A DNA stretch of 64,000 nt, from NCBI GenBank assembly GCA_977017645.1, contig OZ360221.1:120962001-121026000 (forward strand). The letters are read 5' to 3'. Every line of letters starts with the position of its first letter. Position 1 is the first letter of the stretch. Below are positions 24,187-37,767 of this stretch, in pieces. This DNA comes from Torpedo marmorata. Taxonomy: Eukaryota. Below the pieces are notes generated by a model, which had not been told where the DNA came from, did not search any database, and was given only the letters and a program-made list of their open reading frames with translations. A program made the translations under genes and the position numbers.

Positions 24187-27100
24187 TCAATTATGGTTTA
24201 TTAATCTACAGATGTTGAAATGTGAATATCGATTTTTAATAAATCCAGTCTGATCTTTAGATATAACAGAAGGAAGAATATTTTCCAACCTGCCGGCTAG
24301 AATCTTAGAAAGAACCTTAAAATCTACATTCAACAAAGAAATTGGCCTATAGGAAGTACATTCAGTCAGATCTTTATCTTTTTTAGGAATAAGTGAAATT
24401 GATGCTTCATAAAAAGTTGCCAGTAGGGTCCCAGAGAAAACTGAATTTTCAAATACTTTACATAGTTGAGGAGTAAGTAAGTTAGTAAGTGATTTTAAAA
24501 ATTCAACCTTAAAGCCATTGGGACCCGGGGCCTTGCCAGATTGAAGAGAAGTTATAGCTAGGGAAACTTCCGACTCTGAAATTGGAGCTTCCAACAAGTT
24601 TTGATCTTCTGATGATATTTTAGGAATATTCAACCGTTGTAAAAATGTATCCATTAAAATAGAATTATCAGGAAATTCAGATTTGTATAGATCTGAATAA
24701 AATTCCTGAAACACTTTATTAATTTCAGCATGGTCAAAAGTTATGTTTCCATCCTTCTTACGTATCTTTATGATTTGTCTTTTAGCTGCAGCTGCCTTCA
24801 GCTGACGAGCCAACAGCTTATATAAATTGAGATTGAAGTTTAAGTAGTTGATTCTCGATGGGGTAAGTTAATAATAAGTCATGCTGAGTTTGAAATTCTA
24901 CTCTTTCCTTATAAAGGTCCATACTAGGTGTCATAGAATATAATCTGTCAATCTCTTTAATTCTATTAGCAAGTAATGTCAGTTCACTTTTGGTATGTTT
25001 TCTCAGTCCAACAGAATAAAAATTATTTGTCCTCGTAGAAATGCTTTAAGTGCATCCCAAATTACCAGATTGGATATTCCTTCTGTGGAATTTGTCTGAA
25101 AAAAGAAAGAAATCTGATCTTTAATAAAGCTAATAAATTTCTCATCCTGAAGCAGAGTAGAATTGAACCACCATTGTTGAACTCCGGAAGTGACACCGGA
25201 GATTTCAACAGAAAGCTTTAAAGATGCATGATCAGAAACCACGATTGCATCGTATTCACATTTCCCTATCGAAGGCACCAATCGTGTATCAATAAAAAAA
25301 TAATCTATTCTTGAGTCATTATGGTAGACATGAGAAAGGAAAGAAAATTCCTTTTCCTTCGGGTGTAAAAATCTCCATATATCGACTAAACCATAGTCCA
25401 GCAGGAAAGAGTTAATATAACTAGCTGATTTATTTGGAAGTGTCTGAATGGCGGAGGACCTGTCAATCAGAGGATTTAAGCAACAGTTAAAATCTCCACC
25501 CATAATCAGAATGTATTCATTAAAATTAGGTAGGGAATTGAAAACCTTTTGAAAAAATTCAGGACAGTCGATATTAGGAGCATACATATTAACCATTACT
25601 ACCTTCTTATTTCCCAATGAACCAGTAACTATTAAAAATCTTCCTGCTACATCAGATATTGTATTAAAATGTACAAATGGAACCTTGGAATCAATAAAAA
25701 TCGAGACACCTCTAACTTTAGCTTGAGAAAGGGAATGGAAAGGTAAAATGTCAAGAGTTTCCATGGAACGTTTAACATGGAAATACCAATTGGGAGGTTT
25801 ACAACTCCCTAATTTTAAGAATTATTATCGAGCGGCACAAATGAGATTTGTTACTTCCTTTTTTGAAAGTGAAGTAAGACCTGCATGGGTTGGAATAGAG
25901 CTTGGTGAAATAGGAGAAAAGATACCAGAAGAATTTATATACAAATGGAATTCAAAACTATTGATAGGTGTTAAAGAAACGCCGTTGTTAAAACATTTGA
26001 TTAATGCCTGTAACAAGATTAATGATGAGATAGGGATGAAAGGAAACATATCACCCAAAATGCCTTTGATACAGAATAATCTTATACCATTTACAAAAGA
26101 TAATCAATTTTTAAACATATGGTCACAGAAAGGAATAAAGAAGATAGAAGATTGTTATGAAGGGAACCAGCTGATGTCGTTTGTACAACTACGAGATAAA
26201 TATGGAATACCCAATAACACTCTTTTTTGTTATTTTCAATTAAGAGGTTATTTAAGAGAAAAACTAGGTCCAGATATGTTGTTACAAGATTGTAGTGAGG
26301 TAGAAATTCTTATTAGGAAAGGAAATATTAAAAAATTTACTTCCATAATGTATTCTTTGTTACAAAGGGGAGCTTTAAAACAAGGACTTCATAAGTCTAG
26401 ACAAAGATGGGAGCAAGATCTTAATGTTACAATTGATGAAAAAAGATGGTCGGATTTATGTCAAGACAGTATGACTAATACTATTAATGTAAGATATAGA
26501 TTAGTACAATATAATTTTTTACATCAATTATACCTTACACCACAAAAATTGAATAAAATAAAATCTACGTTATCAAATAGGTGTTTTAGATGTGGTGAAG
26601 AGGGAGGGAACTTTTCTACATTCAACATGGTCATGTTCTAAAGTTAAAGGTTTTTGGATAGAGTTAGGGAACCGGCTACAGCAAATTACAGGTGTTACAT
26701 TTCCACAGAATCCTGATTTATTTCTATTAGGAAATGTGGAAGGAACCAGACCAAAGTTGAAGTTATCTACATGTCAATTGAAATTTGTAAAAATTGCTTT
26801 AGCAGTAGCAAGGAAATGTATAGCAGTAACCTGGAAATCAGATATAAGTTTAAGTATGGATAGGTGGAATTCAGAGATGCAAAGCTGTATTCCTTTGGAA
26901 AGAATAACATATAATATGAGAAATAAATATGGGATATTTTTGCAAATTTGGCGTCCATATATCCAATCATTAGGTATGAATATTTGAATGTGTTGCTCTA
27001 CATCCTGGACCCTATTGACTCTCTCAAACTTAAAGAATGAATACTGTTGAATACCACGCGTCGAGCCGTGGAACCAGCAGCGATCCGTTCAGTTATATTG

Positions 27101-28960
27101 GATAAGAAATATTAATACCCTCTTTTCTATTTTTTCTTTTAGTTTTTAGAAGGGGAGGGAATTAAGGGAGGGGAAGGGTGGAGGGTAGGCAACTTTATAG
27201 AGGGTGGGCTATGAGAGGGGTTGGATACACTGTAATACAAATTATGTTTTTCTATGTACTAGAATTAATAATGTATAATACGTATGTTGTATTACTGTGA
27301 AAAATTTAAAAATTTAAAATAAAATATTTTAAAAAAAGAAAGGGAATGGAATTGTAAACCCTTCCAAAATTTAAAAAAAAAACAATATTCGTCCTTCTTG
27401 CGAATGTGCGTCTCCTGCGCAAAAATAATATCGGCCTGAAACCTTTTAATCATATTAAATACCTTTTTGCGTTTAATAGGGTGATTGAGGCCGTTCAAAT
27501 TCCAAGAAATAAAATTAAATGTATTTATAGCCATATTAATATTAAGAATAATAAAATTAAAAAGGAAAACTTGGCGTGCATGTACAAGCACATTCCCAAG
27601 AGGGTGATAGAGCACATCATGAACCATTACAAAGACATAAATGATAACTTCCAAAACCATTTAAAGCTGCTCAGGGAAAAGAAAAAGCTTATACTAACCC
27701 CACTCCCACCCCCCAAAGCCCAAAAACTACCCAATAAGAGGGCAGCAAGCTAAAGCTACTCATCCCTTAACCCCTATCTCCAACTGGGAGCACTCCAAAC
27801 AAGAATTACAAAGTTATGTTCGTTCCCACACATTATTATCAAAATAAACGGAGTTATGCGTAGCAAGCCATCAAGCAAAAAAGGGGAGAAAACCCCTATT
27901 ACTTTTTATTTAAGCAAAAAAAATATATATAAAGAGAGAAAACAGAAAGAAAGGAGTGAGTCCAAACATATCTTCAGCCATAACCAGGAAACAGCTCATG
28001 TAGATTGCTACGGATCTTCCAGGTACTTCCAAGCTTGATCTGGAGTAGTAAACCATTTGGGGGGACCATTCTTGGGGAAAATCTTCAAATGAGCAGGAAA
28101 ACGAAGAGAAGGGCAAAGTTGTTTTTGATAGAGCTCAGACATGACTTCTTTAAATTTCATTCTCTCTGCCAAGACTTCAGGGCAGAAATCTTCCACAATA
28201 CGAATAGAGATATCATGAAATTTCAGCATACCTCACCTACGAGCCTCTCTGATTATAGCTTCCTTTGTTTGAAAATAATGAAAGCAGAGAATAACAGGTC
28301 AAGGTTTAACTTCGGGTGGAGCTTTTGACCTCAGAGCACGATGTGCCCGATCCAAAATTGGAGGTTTACTCAGCACTCCTTTAAACAAATCAAACAACAC
28401 GTCTGAGAAAAATTTAATCGAGTCACAAGCTTCAATGCCTTCAGGAAGTCCAAAGATACGTAAATTCTGTCTCCGATTACTGCTATCTAAATCGATAACT
28501 TTATGTTTATACTTTTGCAAATCAGCTGCAGTCTCTCGAAAATGTTCTTCAAAGGCATTAATTCTTTTTTCCAAAGTGCCAATATGCTCCGACTGATCTT
28601 GATAATCCGTGGAAAGCTTGTTATATTTTTCTTCTAAGTTGTCAAAACACCCTTGAAACTTTGTAATTTTTTGATCCAGTGCCTTATAACACACGTTCAA
28701 ATTATCAATTTTCGCTTCCATTCTTGTAAGAATTTCTTCAACAGATTGCGAGGCTTCTGATTTAGAACCTTTTCTTCCATTTTTCCCTTGTATTGGTTCA
28801 GGAACAGTCCTTCCACTTCTTAACTGCCATTTAGAGGGAAAAAATTTTTTAAATTCCCAGAAAGAACAGCTTTTATAGATTAAAATAGCTGTTAGGTAGT
28901 GGGAAAAAGGTTAGATGTTCAAGTGCAACACCAAAGACGTGTTACTCCATCGGCCACAAG
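24187..28960 (-). mobile_element. Second L1-clade family (copy D): 5' UTR, ORF1 (28830-28008) and ORF2 N-half (27534-24187), interrupted by copy E
   Basis: ORF1 DLDSSNRRQNLRIFGLPE..LDRAHR; ORF2 ISWNLNGLNHPIKRKKV..QETH, GGDFN, SDH, GKAPGPNGF, YRPISLLNVD. Confidence 0.88.
25741..27336 (+). mobile_element. L1-clade 3' fragment (copy E) nested antisense in the endonuclease of D
   Basis: 15-bp TSD AGAAAGGGAATGGAA at 25726-25740 and 27337-27351; ORFs 25748-26641 and 26592-26987 are homologous to the A/B/C C-terminus; A-rich tail. Confidence 0.92.
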
Positions 28961-28961
28961 C

Positions 28962-29666
28962 TGGAGAAATTTTTAATCTTTTCAACTATACTCCAGCTGG
29001 AGCTACGACCCAATCCAATAACTGCTCTTTTCAGGGTTATTGACCAAGACATAGGGAGTTTTTCTGCACCTGTTCAACTGGTTGTGGCCTTCTCTACATT
29101 GTTGGCTGGAAGAGCCATCCTATTCAAATGGAAAGACTCTAGACCTCCAACAGTGTTTCAATGGTTTTCTCATATTACGTCTTGTTCAAGCTTAGAAAAA
29201 ATTCATTATCATGTATTTGATTCATCGGTGAAATTTGAAGATACATGGTGACCTTTTATGTCTTATTTTCATATGATGTAAGTGTTTCTAATGTGATTAG
29301 ATGTATTTACTCTTCCTTTGTTTTTTGATTTACGGTAGGAACCAAAAATCACAAAATATATACATAACCTTCAGGATAAGCGGCTCATCTGTTCTTTGTT
29401 AGTTGTTCTTTTTTTTATTAGAGTAGGTTAGGTGTTTTTTTTAATATATATATAATACTTCTGATGGTTTTTTTTTCATTGTCACCTATTGCAGTGGAGG
29501 GGGATCGAATTTATACTGTTTGAAGTTTTATTTTAATATATATACATATGTGATATTGTATTTTCAATTTTGTTCTCTTTTCTTCATTGTATTGTATTTC
29601 TTATAAAATTCAAATTAGAAATAAATAAATAAATAGATAGATAAATAAATAGATAAATAGATAGAA
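28962..29666 (+). mobile_element. L1-clade 3' end (ORF2 tail, 3' UTR, (TAAA/TAGA)n tail)
   Basis: Reads LLAGRAILFKWKDSRPPTVFQWFSHITSCSSLEKIHY, followed by a T-rich UTR and an A-rich microsatellite. Confidence 0.75.
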
Positions 29667-31032
29667 AGTTATAAGAGCAGAAGTTGGCCAACCGGCCCGT
29701 CGGGTCACCTCTGTCATTATGAGCTGATCCTTATCACTCTGCCCCACTCCCGGTCCTTCTCTCCGTAACCCTTGATGCCCTGACTAATCAAATACCTGTC
29801 AATTTCTATCTTAAATACACCCAACAACCTCGCTTCCACAGCCGCCTGTGATAACAAGTTCCACAGACTCACGACCCTCTGGCTAAAGAAATTTCTCTGC
29901 ATTTCTGTTTTAAATTGACCACCTTTTATCCTGAAATTGTGCCCTCTTGTCCTAGAATCCCCTACCATGGGAAACAACTTTGTCACATCTACTCTGTCCA
30001 GGCCTTTCAGCATTTGAAATGTCTCCAAGAGGTCCCCCCTCATCAGTGTTGGCGCCAAGGGGGGCATTCACGGGCATTGCCACCCCAAACGAGGTGTTGT
30101 GACCCCCCCACACGCTCGCGGCCATCGCCCCCCAGACCACTGTCAGACCCATTCGCGCCCCCTGACTACGGTCAGACTCGCCCCAGCCCGCGTCACTAGT
30201 GTGTGTCAAGCTTCACTAGCGTCTAGCGTCACTAGCCGCTAGCAAGGCATGACGTACGCTAGTGACGCTAGAGACTCTCCACGACCACGTAATATAAGCA
30301 GTGCTTCCGTCGGCTACGTCGGAGGACGTTAATGTTCGGCAGGTAGGCACTACCACCAGCACCAACCCCCACCGCTGAGTGAGTTTTCGAGTGTTAGACT
30401 GTGCCCCTCCCGGTTACCCTAATGCCCCCCCGCTAAGACTCGTTCTGGCGCCGTCCCTGCCCCTCATCCTTCTGTACTCCAACGAGTACAGTCCAAGAGC
30501 CAACAAACGTTCCTCATATGCTAACCCTTGCATTCCTGGTATCATTCTAGTAAATCTTCTCTGAACCTTCTCCAAGATGAGCACATCCTTTCTCAAATAA
30601 GGCGCTCAAAACTGTACACAATACTCCAAGTGAGGTCTCAGCAGCGCCCTATAGAGTCTCATCATTGCATCCCTGCTCTTGTATGCTATTCCTCTAGAAA
30701 TGAATGCCAACATTGCATTTGCTTTCTTCATTGCCGACTCAACCTGGAGGTTAACCTTTAGGGTATCCTTCACAAAGATTCCCAAGTCCCTTTGCACCTC
30801 TGAATTTTGAATTTTCACCCCATCTAAATAATAGTCTGCCAGTCTATTTCTTGTTCCAAAGTAAAGTGTATGTCCATACACTTCCCAACATTGTATTTCA
30901 TCTGCCATCTCTTTGCCCATTCTCCTAATCTATCCAAGTCTCTGCAGCCTTTCCGTGTCCTCAGCACCACCAGCTCTACCACCTATTTTGGTGTCATCCA
31001 CAAATTTAGCCACAAAGCTATCCATTCCATAA
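29667..31032 (-). mobile_element. CR1 LINE 3' portion, interrupted by a hAT MITE
   Basis: VAKFVDDTKIGG, LLRPHLEYCVQF, LEKVQRRFTRMIPG, TRGHNFRIKG. Confidence 0.9.
30044..30459. mobile_element. 416-bp hAT-type MITE
   Basis: 8-bp TSD CCCCTCAT (30036-30043 and 30460-30467); imperfect TIRs CAGTGTTGGCGCCA / CAGGGACGGCGCCA; the CR1 sequence is continuous once it is removed. Confidence 0.9.
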
Positions 31033-32245
31033 CTTTTAAATCCGACTTCCACTTCCTTCTTGAATGATGACAAATTGTTCCATGTTTTATTTTCCAATAA
31101 GTGAATTCTTCTCTTGCTTTTGTTTGTGCTCTCAGATATGGTAGATGTAATATTAGACAACTGTTTCAGCTGTAATCCGAAATAAATGAGCAATTCCAAA
31201 CTTCCAATGAACAGTTTCACTTGTTACACAGGTAAACATAACTCAGATAACTACCGTACTTTTCTTCACCAGAGATGAGTGTGTCTGCGGGATATTCAAA
31301 CAGAAGGCAAGGTGAACCCAAACACATCATCAGTTCTTGTCCACACATGTACATGCAATTCTGGAACTATGATTAAATGTTGGAACTCGAAGAGAGGATT
31401 TCCCTCTCTAGGCAGCAAAGCCAACCGGAATATCCCAATTAAATCATAGCTGTGATTAATGAACTGGGTTATCCTGAGTCTGGGCAATATATTGCCAAAC
31501 TAGGTGATCCGCTTTATCAAGACCTAAAGCTCTTCCGATACCAACAATTTGGATGGCCCTTCTGCCAGGGAAAATACATCATAAGAGTTTATTCATGTTT
31601 GTATAGACCATGCAGCAGCTTTGAAGACTACCATCACATTTAATCAATCTTCACTCAGTCTTCAAGAGAACGTCACAGGAAAATGCATTCAGTCCAAAGT
31701 TCAATTCCCACTGCACTTTATACTTCCATTGTGAAATGAATACAGTGAAGTGCAACATTAGGCCATGTTTGTAAATAATTGATTTACCATTCTACACTAC
31801 AAAAGTTGAAGGGCTTTTAAGGATTTGCTATATGTCTTTAATGTTTTTGGAGTAGAGGCAATTGATTTCTCTATTAACGTATAGAAAAATGTGTTTTGTG
31901 GAGAAATATCTCAATTTGAATCAAATATCCTGCTAACTTTATGATAATGGAAATCAAATAGAATTCAGATTAGCTGTGAGTTGTTTCAAATATAATTTGA
32001 AAGATATTCTGTTCATAAAGACATTCCAGAAGATGAAGAGAAGTTATTTAGTATTATAGTCAGGATGACCAATAACCGAACAATTCTTGTCCCAATTAAC
32101 AAATCCCTGTTGCAGGATTTCTTAAAGTAATTCTGACACACATTTCATAGACAATAATGTATTAAATTAATGTATTATTTTCATCGTGTGAATAGCTAAA
32201 GGGAATTATTTCACAGTAAGAAAACATTGTGTGTACATGATCTTA

Positions 32246-32493
32246 ATTTAGACATACAGCATGGTAACAGGCCATTTCGGCCCACAAGTCCGTGCCACCC
32301 AATTTACACCCAATTAACCTACACCCCCGGTACGTTTCAAATGGTGGAGGAAACCGGAGCCCCCGGGGAAAACCCACGCAGACACGGGGAGAATGTACCA
32401 ACTCCTTACAGACAGCGCGGGATTCGAACCCAGGTCCCGATCACTGGCGCTGTAAAGGTGTTGCGCTAACCTCTACGCCAACCGTGCCGCCCC
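32246..32493 (-). mobile_element. tRNA-derived V-SINE (HE1-like)
   Basis: Head GGGCGGCACGGTTGGCGTAGAGGTTAGC with B-box GGTTCGAATCCC; V-domain TTCTCCCCGTGTCTGCGTGGGTTTTCC..CTCCGGTTTCCTCC; CR1-like tail GGGCCGAAATGGCCTGTT. Confidence 0.88.
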
Positions 32494-33214
32494 AATCTGT
32501 CAAATATCTCTGAGGTTCACATCTATGAATTATTTTGGGATGCATTAAACTCAGGTTTGCAGGTAAACTGCTTATTTTCTTTATCTTTTATCATTCTTTT
32601 AGTAATCATCAAAATGCACACAATTCTGTTAAAGATCAAGGCACTTTTTTCTCACACTTTTTTCTTACATATCTTTTACACACACCCATGTGTGATGAAA
32701 ACTGCTGGTCTGAGATTTACATGCTACTCTTCTTATACTGACTGGGAGGTCTGAGCATGTCACAGGTCAGAGGATACAAGCAGGGACTAAGGAAAGGAGG
32801 TAAAGGAAAACGTTGAATTTAGGAGTGCAGGATTAGAGACTGAAATTTGAAATGTATACAATGTAATTGTTTGTAGCAGAAAAACCAGTTGAGGAGGAAT
32901 AAAACCAGGATGCACTAAGCAGAAGATATGCAACTGAATGGAAATACTCAGGCAAGATATGCTGAACCATGGGGTTGTGAATAATTTGAAAATTGGCATC
33001 CTCAAAAGTCCTGGAAGAAAGAATAGGGTGATGGAACAAACAATGAGAAGTTGAAGGGTTTTGGCAGGTCAGGCTTCATCCACGGAGAAGAAATCGACAG
33101 TCAATGTTTCAGGTCAGGACCCTTACTCGAGACTAAAGTTGGAGACAGTAAGCATAAAAAAGGAGAACGTGGGTGGGAGAAGGGCTAGGAATAGGTCAAA
33201 ACATAATTGGTTGG

Positions 33215-36200
33215 TGATACGCCCATCAATACTCCAAAAGAAAAGAAGTTACACAAGAACTGAAAGGCTTTTATTAGCTACAGAATGGATCTACATTCGT
33301 GCTGGTGATCTGTCCCGGACTGAGGGAGGAGTTGTGGCACAATGGCCTTTTTTCAAGGGGGGTAGTGGGAGGAGCCACCGGGACAGTCAGCAGGGCATGT
33401 CCAAACCTATCACCAGCCCACAATACATATATAGTGGTTTACCACATTCACCCCTCCTTTTAAAAGAGTCCAGCGGGGTGAAGTGAACACTAACAACACA
33501 TCTAAAATATATTACAGTCACAGATCGAGTCGATCAGGCGGTCGAGTCTGACGTCGTGATCGGCCCAGTACTTGTGGTGATGGGGCAGGCGGCGGAGCCA
33601 CCTCCTGCCTGGTTTGGGGTACCGGAACGTCAGGTGACGGCGAAAGTGCTGGTGAGTGTGGTGTCGTGTTGGGATCGAATGGTGCGTCTTGTGTTTGCAC
33701 AGGGGTAATCGTAACAAGGGGGTGTTCGAGGGCGGGTTCCGGTGCTCCTGCGGGCGCCAGGTCCCGGATGGAGACGGTGTCTTCCCGCCCATCAGGGAAG
33801 ACCACGTAGGCGTACTGGGGGTTGGCATGAGCTAACTGGACCCTCTCAACCATTGGGGCGTATTTATTGCTCCTAATATGTTTGCGGAGCACAATATGGC
33901 TGGGGACGTCAGCCATGCTGGTAGGGTAGTCCCGGTGGTCGACTTCCTGGGGAAAGAAAAGAGTCTTTCATGAGGAGTCGCATTGGTGGACGTACATAGC
34001 AGGGATTGGATGGAATGGAGGGCCTCGGGAAGAACTTCTTGCCAGCGGGAGACTGGTAATCCCTTAGACCTGAGGGCTAAGAGAGTGGCCTTCCAGACCG
34101 TGGCATTCTCCCTTTCCACCTGTCCGTTACCCCGAGGATTGTAGCTCGTGGTCCTGCTAGTGGCGATACCCCTGGCCAGCAGATATTGTCGCAGCTCGTC
34201 GCTCATAAAGGAGGACCCCCGGTCGCTATGGATGTAGCAGGGGAAACCAAACAGGGTGAAGAGTTTGCGGAAAGCTCTGACAGAGGTGGCCGAGGTATCG
34301 GGGCAGGGAATGGCGATAGGGAACCGCGAGTACTCATCAATAACGTTGAGGAAGTACACGTTGCGGTCGGTGGATGGGAGGGGACCCTTGAAGTCGACGC
34401 TGAGTCGCTCAAAGGGGCGGGTCGCCTTAACTAGCTGTGCCCTGTCAGGGTGGTAGAAGTGCGGTTTGCACTCCGTGCAGACCTGGCAGCTGCTGGTCAT
34501 CGCCCTGACCTCTTCTAGGGAGTACGGTAGGTTACGGGCCTTCACAAAGTGAAACAGCTGGTAACTCCGGGGTGGCAGAGGTCACAGTGGAGGGCCTATA
34601 ACCGGTCGATCTGTGCGCTAGCGCACGTCCCCCGGGATAGAGCATCGGAGGGCTCATTGAGCTTCCCGGGCCGGTACATAATATCATAGTTGTAGGTGGA
34701 GAGTTCGATTCTCCACCTCAGGATTTTGTCGTTTTTGAATTTACCCCGCTGCTGATTGTTGAACATGAATGCGACTGAGCGCTGGTCAGTCAGCAGGGTA
34801 AACCTTTTGCCGGCGAGATAATGCCTCCAGTGCCTGATAGCTTCCACTATGGCTTGGGCCTCTTTCTCCACCGCGGAGTGCCGAATTTCTGGGCCTTGAA
34901 GGGTACGGGAGAAGAACGCCACCGGTCTTCCCGCCTGGTTGAGGGTAGCAGCCATTGCGAAGTCGGACGCGTCACTCTCTACTTGGAAGGGAGTGGACTC
35001 GTCCACCGCGTGCATTGCTGCTCTGGCAATGTCCCCTTTTATGAGGTCGAAAGCCTCACGTGCCTCCGCTGCAAGGGGAAAAGTGGTGGACTTGACTAGG
35101 GGGCAGGCCTTATCTGCGTAGTTAGGGACCCATTGGGCGTAATATGAAAAGAAGCCCAAGCACCTTTTGAGGGCTTTCAGGGTGTGGGGAAGCGGTAGTT
35201 CCAACAGGGGGCGCATGCGGTCGGGGTCGGGGCCGATGACCCCGTTCTCCACAACACACCCCAGGATAGCAAGTCGGGTGGTCCCGAACACGCACTTATC
35301 CTTGTTGTAGGTGAGATTAAGTGCTTTGGCCGCCTGGAGGAACTTCCGAAGGTTGTTGTCGTGGTCCTGGCAATCGTGACCGCAGATAGTGATATTGTCC
35401 AAGTACGGGAAGGTGGCTTTTAAATTGTACTGGTCCACCATCCTGTCCATCTCCCTCTGGAAGACGGATACCCCATTTGTGACCCCAAAGGGGACGCGCA
35501 GGAAATGATAGAGCCTGCCGTCCGCCTCGAAGGCGGTGTAAGTGCGGTCCTCTCAGCGAATGGGTAGCTGGTGGTAGGCAGACTTGAGGTCTATGGTGGA
35601 GAAGAGCTTATATTGTGCTATCTGGTTAACCATATCCACAATGTGTGGCAGGGGTTACGCGTCAAGCTGCGTGAACCTATTGATAGTCTGGCTATAATCC
35701 ACCACCATTCTATTTTTGTTCCCATTCTTCACGACGACCACCTGGGCCCTCCAGGGACTTGTGCTCGGTTCAATGATCCCCTCCCCAAGTAATCGCCTCA
35801 CCTCTGACTTGATGAATGCCCTGTCCCCTGCACTATATCTCCTTCCCCAGTCCGGGACAGATCACCAGCACAAATGTAGATCCATTCTGTAGCTAATAAA
35901 AGCCTTTCAGTTCTTGTGTAACTTCTAGTCTTTTGGAGTTATTGATGGGCGTATCAATTTTATTAGCTACACTGTAAATATGGAGAGCATTCTGAGACCA
36001 GACAAACTGGACATCGACCCGCAAGCATCGGACAGCAGTAACGCCTTCGAACTCTGGCTAGTCTGCTTTGAGTCGTTCCTACAGGAGATCAAGGTGCGGG
36101 ACGACGCGGAAAAACTCAATGTCCTCCTCTCTAGGGTAAGCCCACGAGTTTACTCAATGATCCACGACTGGCAGACCTACGAGGAGGCGATGAATGCACT

Positions 36201-37767
36201 GAAACGTCAGTATATACAGCCTGTGAACTCTGTATACGCGAGGCACAGGCTAACGACGCGGCAGCAGCGGCCCGGGGAGTCGATCGCAGAGTTCGTACGG
36301 GCCATACAGACACTCGTGCGGGCGTGTGACTGCAGGGGGCTGACGGCTGAGCAGCACGCAGAGCTGCTAGGAAGAGACACCTTTGTCACGGGGATCAGGT
36401 CAGTGTACGTGCGCCAGCGACTGCTGGAACATGCTGACCTGACCTTCCGTTCGGCGATTGAACTGGCCAACACGCTGGAGGCCGCGCTTCAGAACTCGGA
36501 CGCTATTCAAGTGCGCGATCTCCAGCAGGCCCCGTGGATGCCACCGACCCCCCACCCTACTAGCGACTCGACTACCGCCGCCATCAGCCGCAACCCCGAG
36601 AAATGCTATTTCTGCGGGCTCGAGAAGCACCCCCGAAAACGTTGCCCGGCCTGCGAAGCGACCTGCTCCAGCTGCGGTAAGAAAGGCGACTTTGCCAAGG
36701 TCTGCCGCTCAAAGCCGAGAGCGGGTTCGAGCAGTGCCGCGTGCGAGACTCGTCTTCTGTGCCGTCACTTCCGCTGCCGTCCTACCCACCCGCCGCTGCC
36801 AACACGTGCGAGGAATGGGGGCAGCCATCTTGGGCCTCGTCACTTCCGGCGCCGCCATCTTACCGACCCGACGCTTCACTTCCGGCGCCGCCATTTTACC
36901 GTCCCGGCGCTAACACGTGCGATCCATGGGGGCGGCCATCTTCTTCCGCGCCGGCGAGCCGACACTGGGTGCCGCCACCCCGGGACAGCGGCCACTCCAT
37001 CGCGACGTCGGATCAAGACAGCGACCTTACACTGGCGTCAGTGACACTCGACCAGAGTGCACCCCATCAACTATCGAGGTCAATGATGGACATTCTGGTC
37101 GAGGGACACAGGATAAACTGCCTGTTCGACACAGGCAGCACTGAGAGCTTTATTCACCCCGACACAGTGCAGCGATGTGGCCTCGCGACACTGCCGGTAA
37201 GCCAAAGGGTTGCCATGGCTTCCGGGTCGCACACAACAGACATCCGGGGGGGTTGTGTGGCGATGATAGTAGTACAGGGCACGGAATACCGGGACTTCAC
37301 ACTATTGGTCATGCCCCGACTGTGTGCCCCTGTACTACTGGGCCTCGATTTCCAGAGCCACCTCCAGAGCGTTACCATGAAGTATGACGGGCCCCTCCCA
37401 TCGATTACCGTCGGTAATCACCAGTTCCTCAAAAACACACCCCACACTACTTGGGGTCTATCCACCCTCAAGATCCCGCCCCCGTCGCTATTCGCCAACC
37501 TGACCTCTGACTGTAAACCTGTACCTAATAAAATTGATACGCCCATCAATAACTCCAAAAGACTAGAAGTTACACAAGAACTGAAAGGCTTTTATTAGCT
37601 ACAGAATGGATCTACATTCGTGCTGGTGATCTGTCCCGGACTGGGGGAGGAGTTGTGGCACAATGGCCTTTATTCAAGGGGGGTAGTGGGAGGAGCCACC
37701 GGGACAGTCAGCAGGGCATGTCCAAACCTATCACCAGCCCACAATACATATACAGTGGTTTACCACA
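33215..37767 (-). mobile_element. Ty3/Gypsy LTR retrotransposon copy 1 with an internal inversion
   Basis: LTRs 33215-33446 (3') and 37535-37767 (5'), TG..CA; 5-bp TSD GTTGG (33210-33214 and 37768-37772). RT/RH/IN on minus (33518-35843); R-U5-gag-PR on plus (35844-37522). Confidence 0.93.

Noticed and set aside
31240-31680. Possible degenerate RTE remnant on the minus strand
   Set aside because: Similarity is too faint to support by eye.
32400-32493. tRNA gene
   Set aside because: The A/B boxes belong to a V-SINE head followed by a V-domain and a CR1-like tail.
33215-37767. DIRS-like or split-LTR element, or two independent Gypsy insertions
   Set aside because: It encodes a DDE integrase, the outer LTRs are direct repeats sharing one TSD, and the two internal parts are complementary halves of copy 2.
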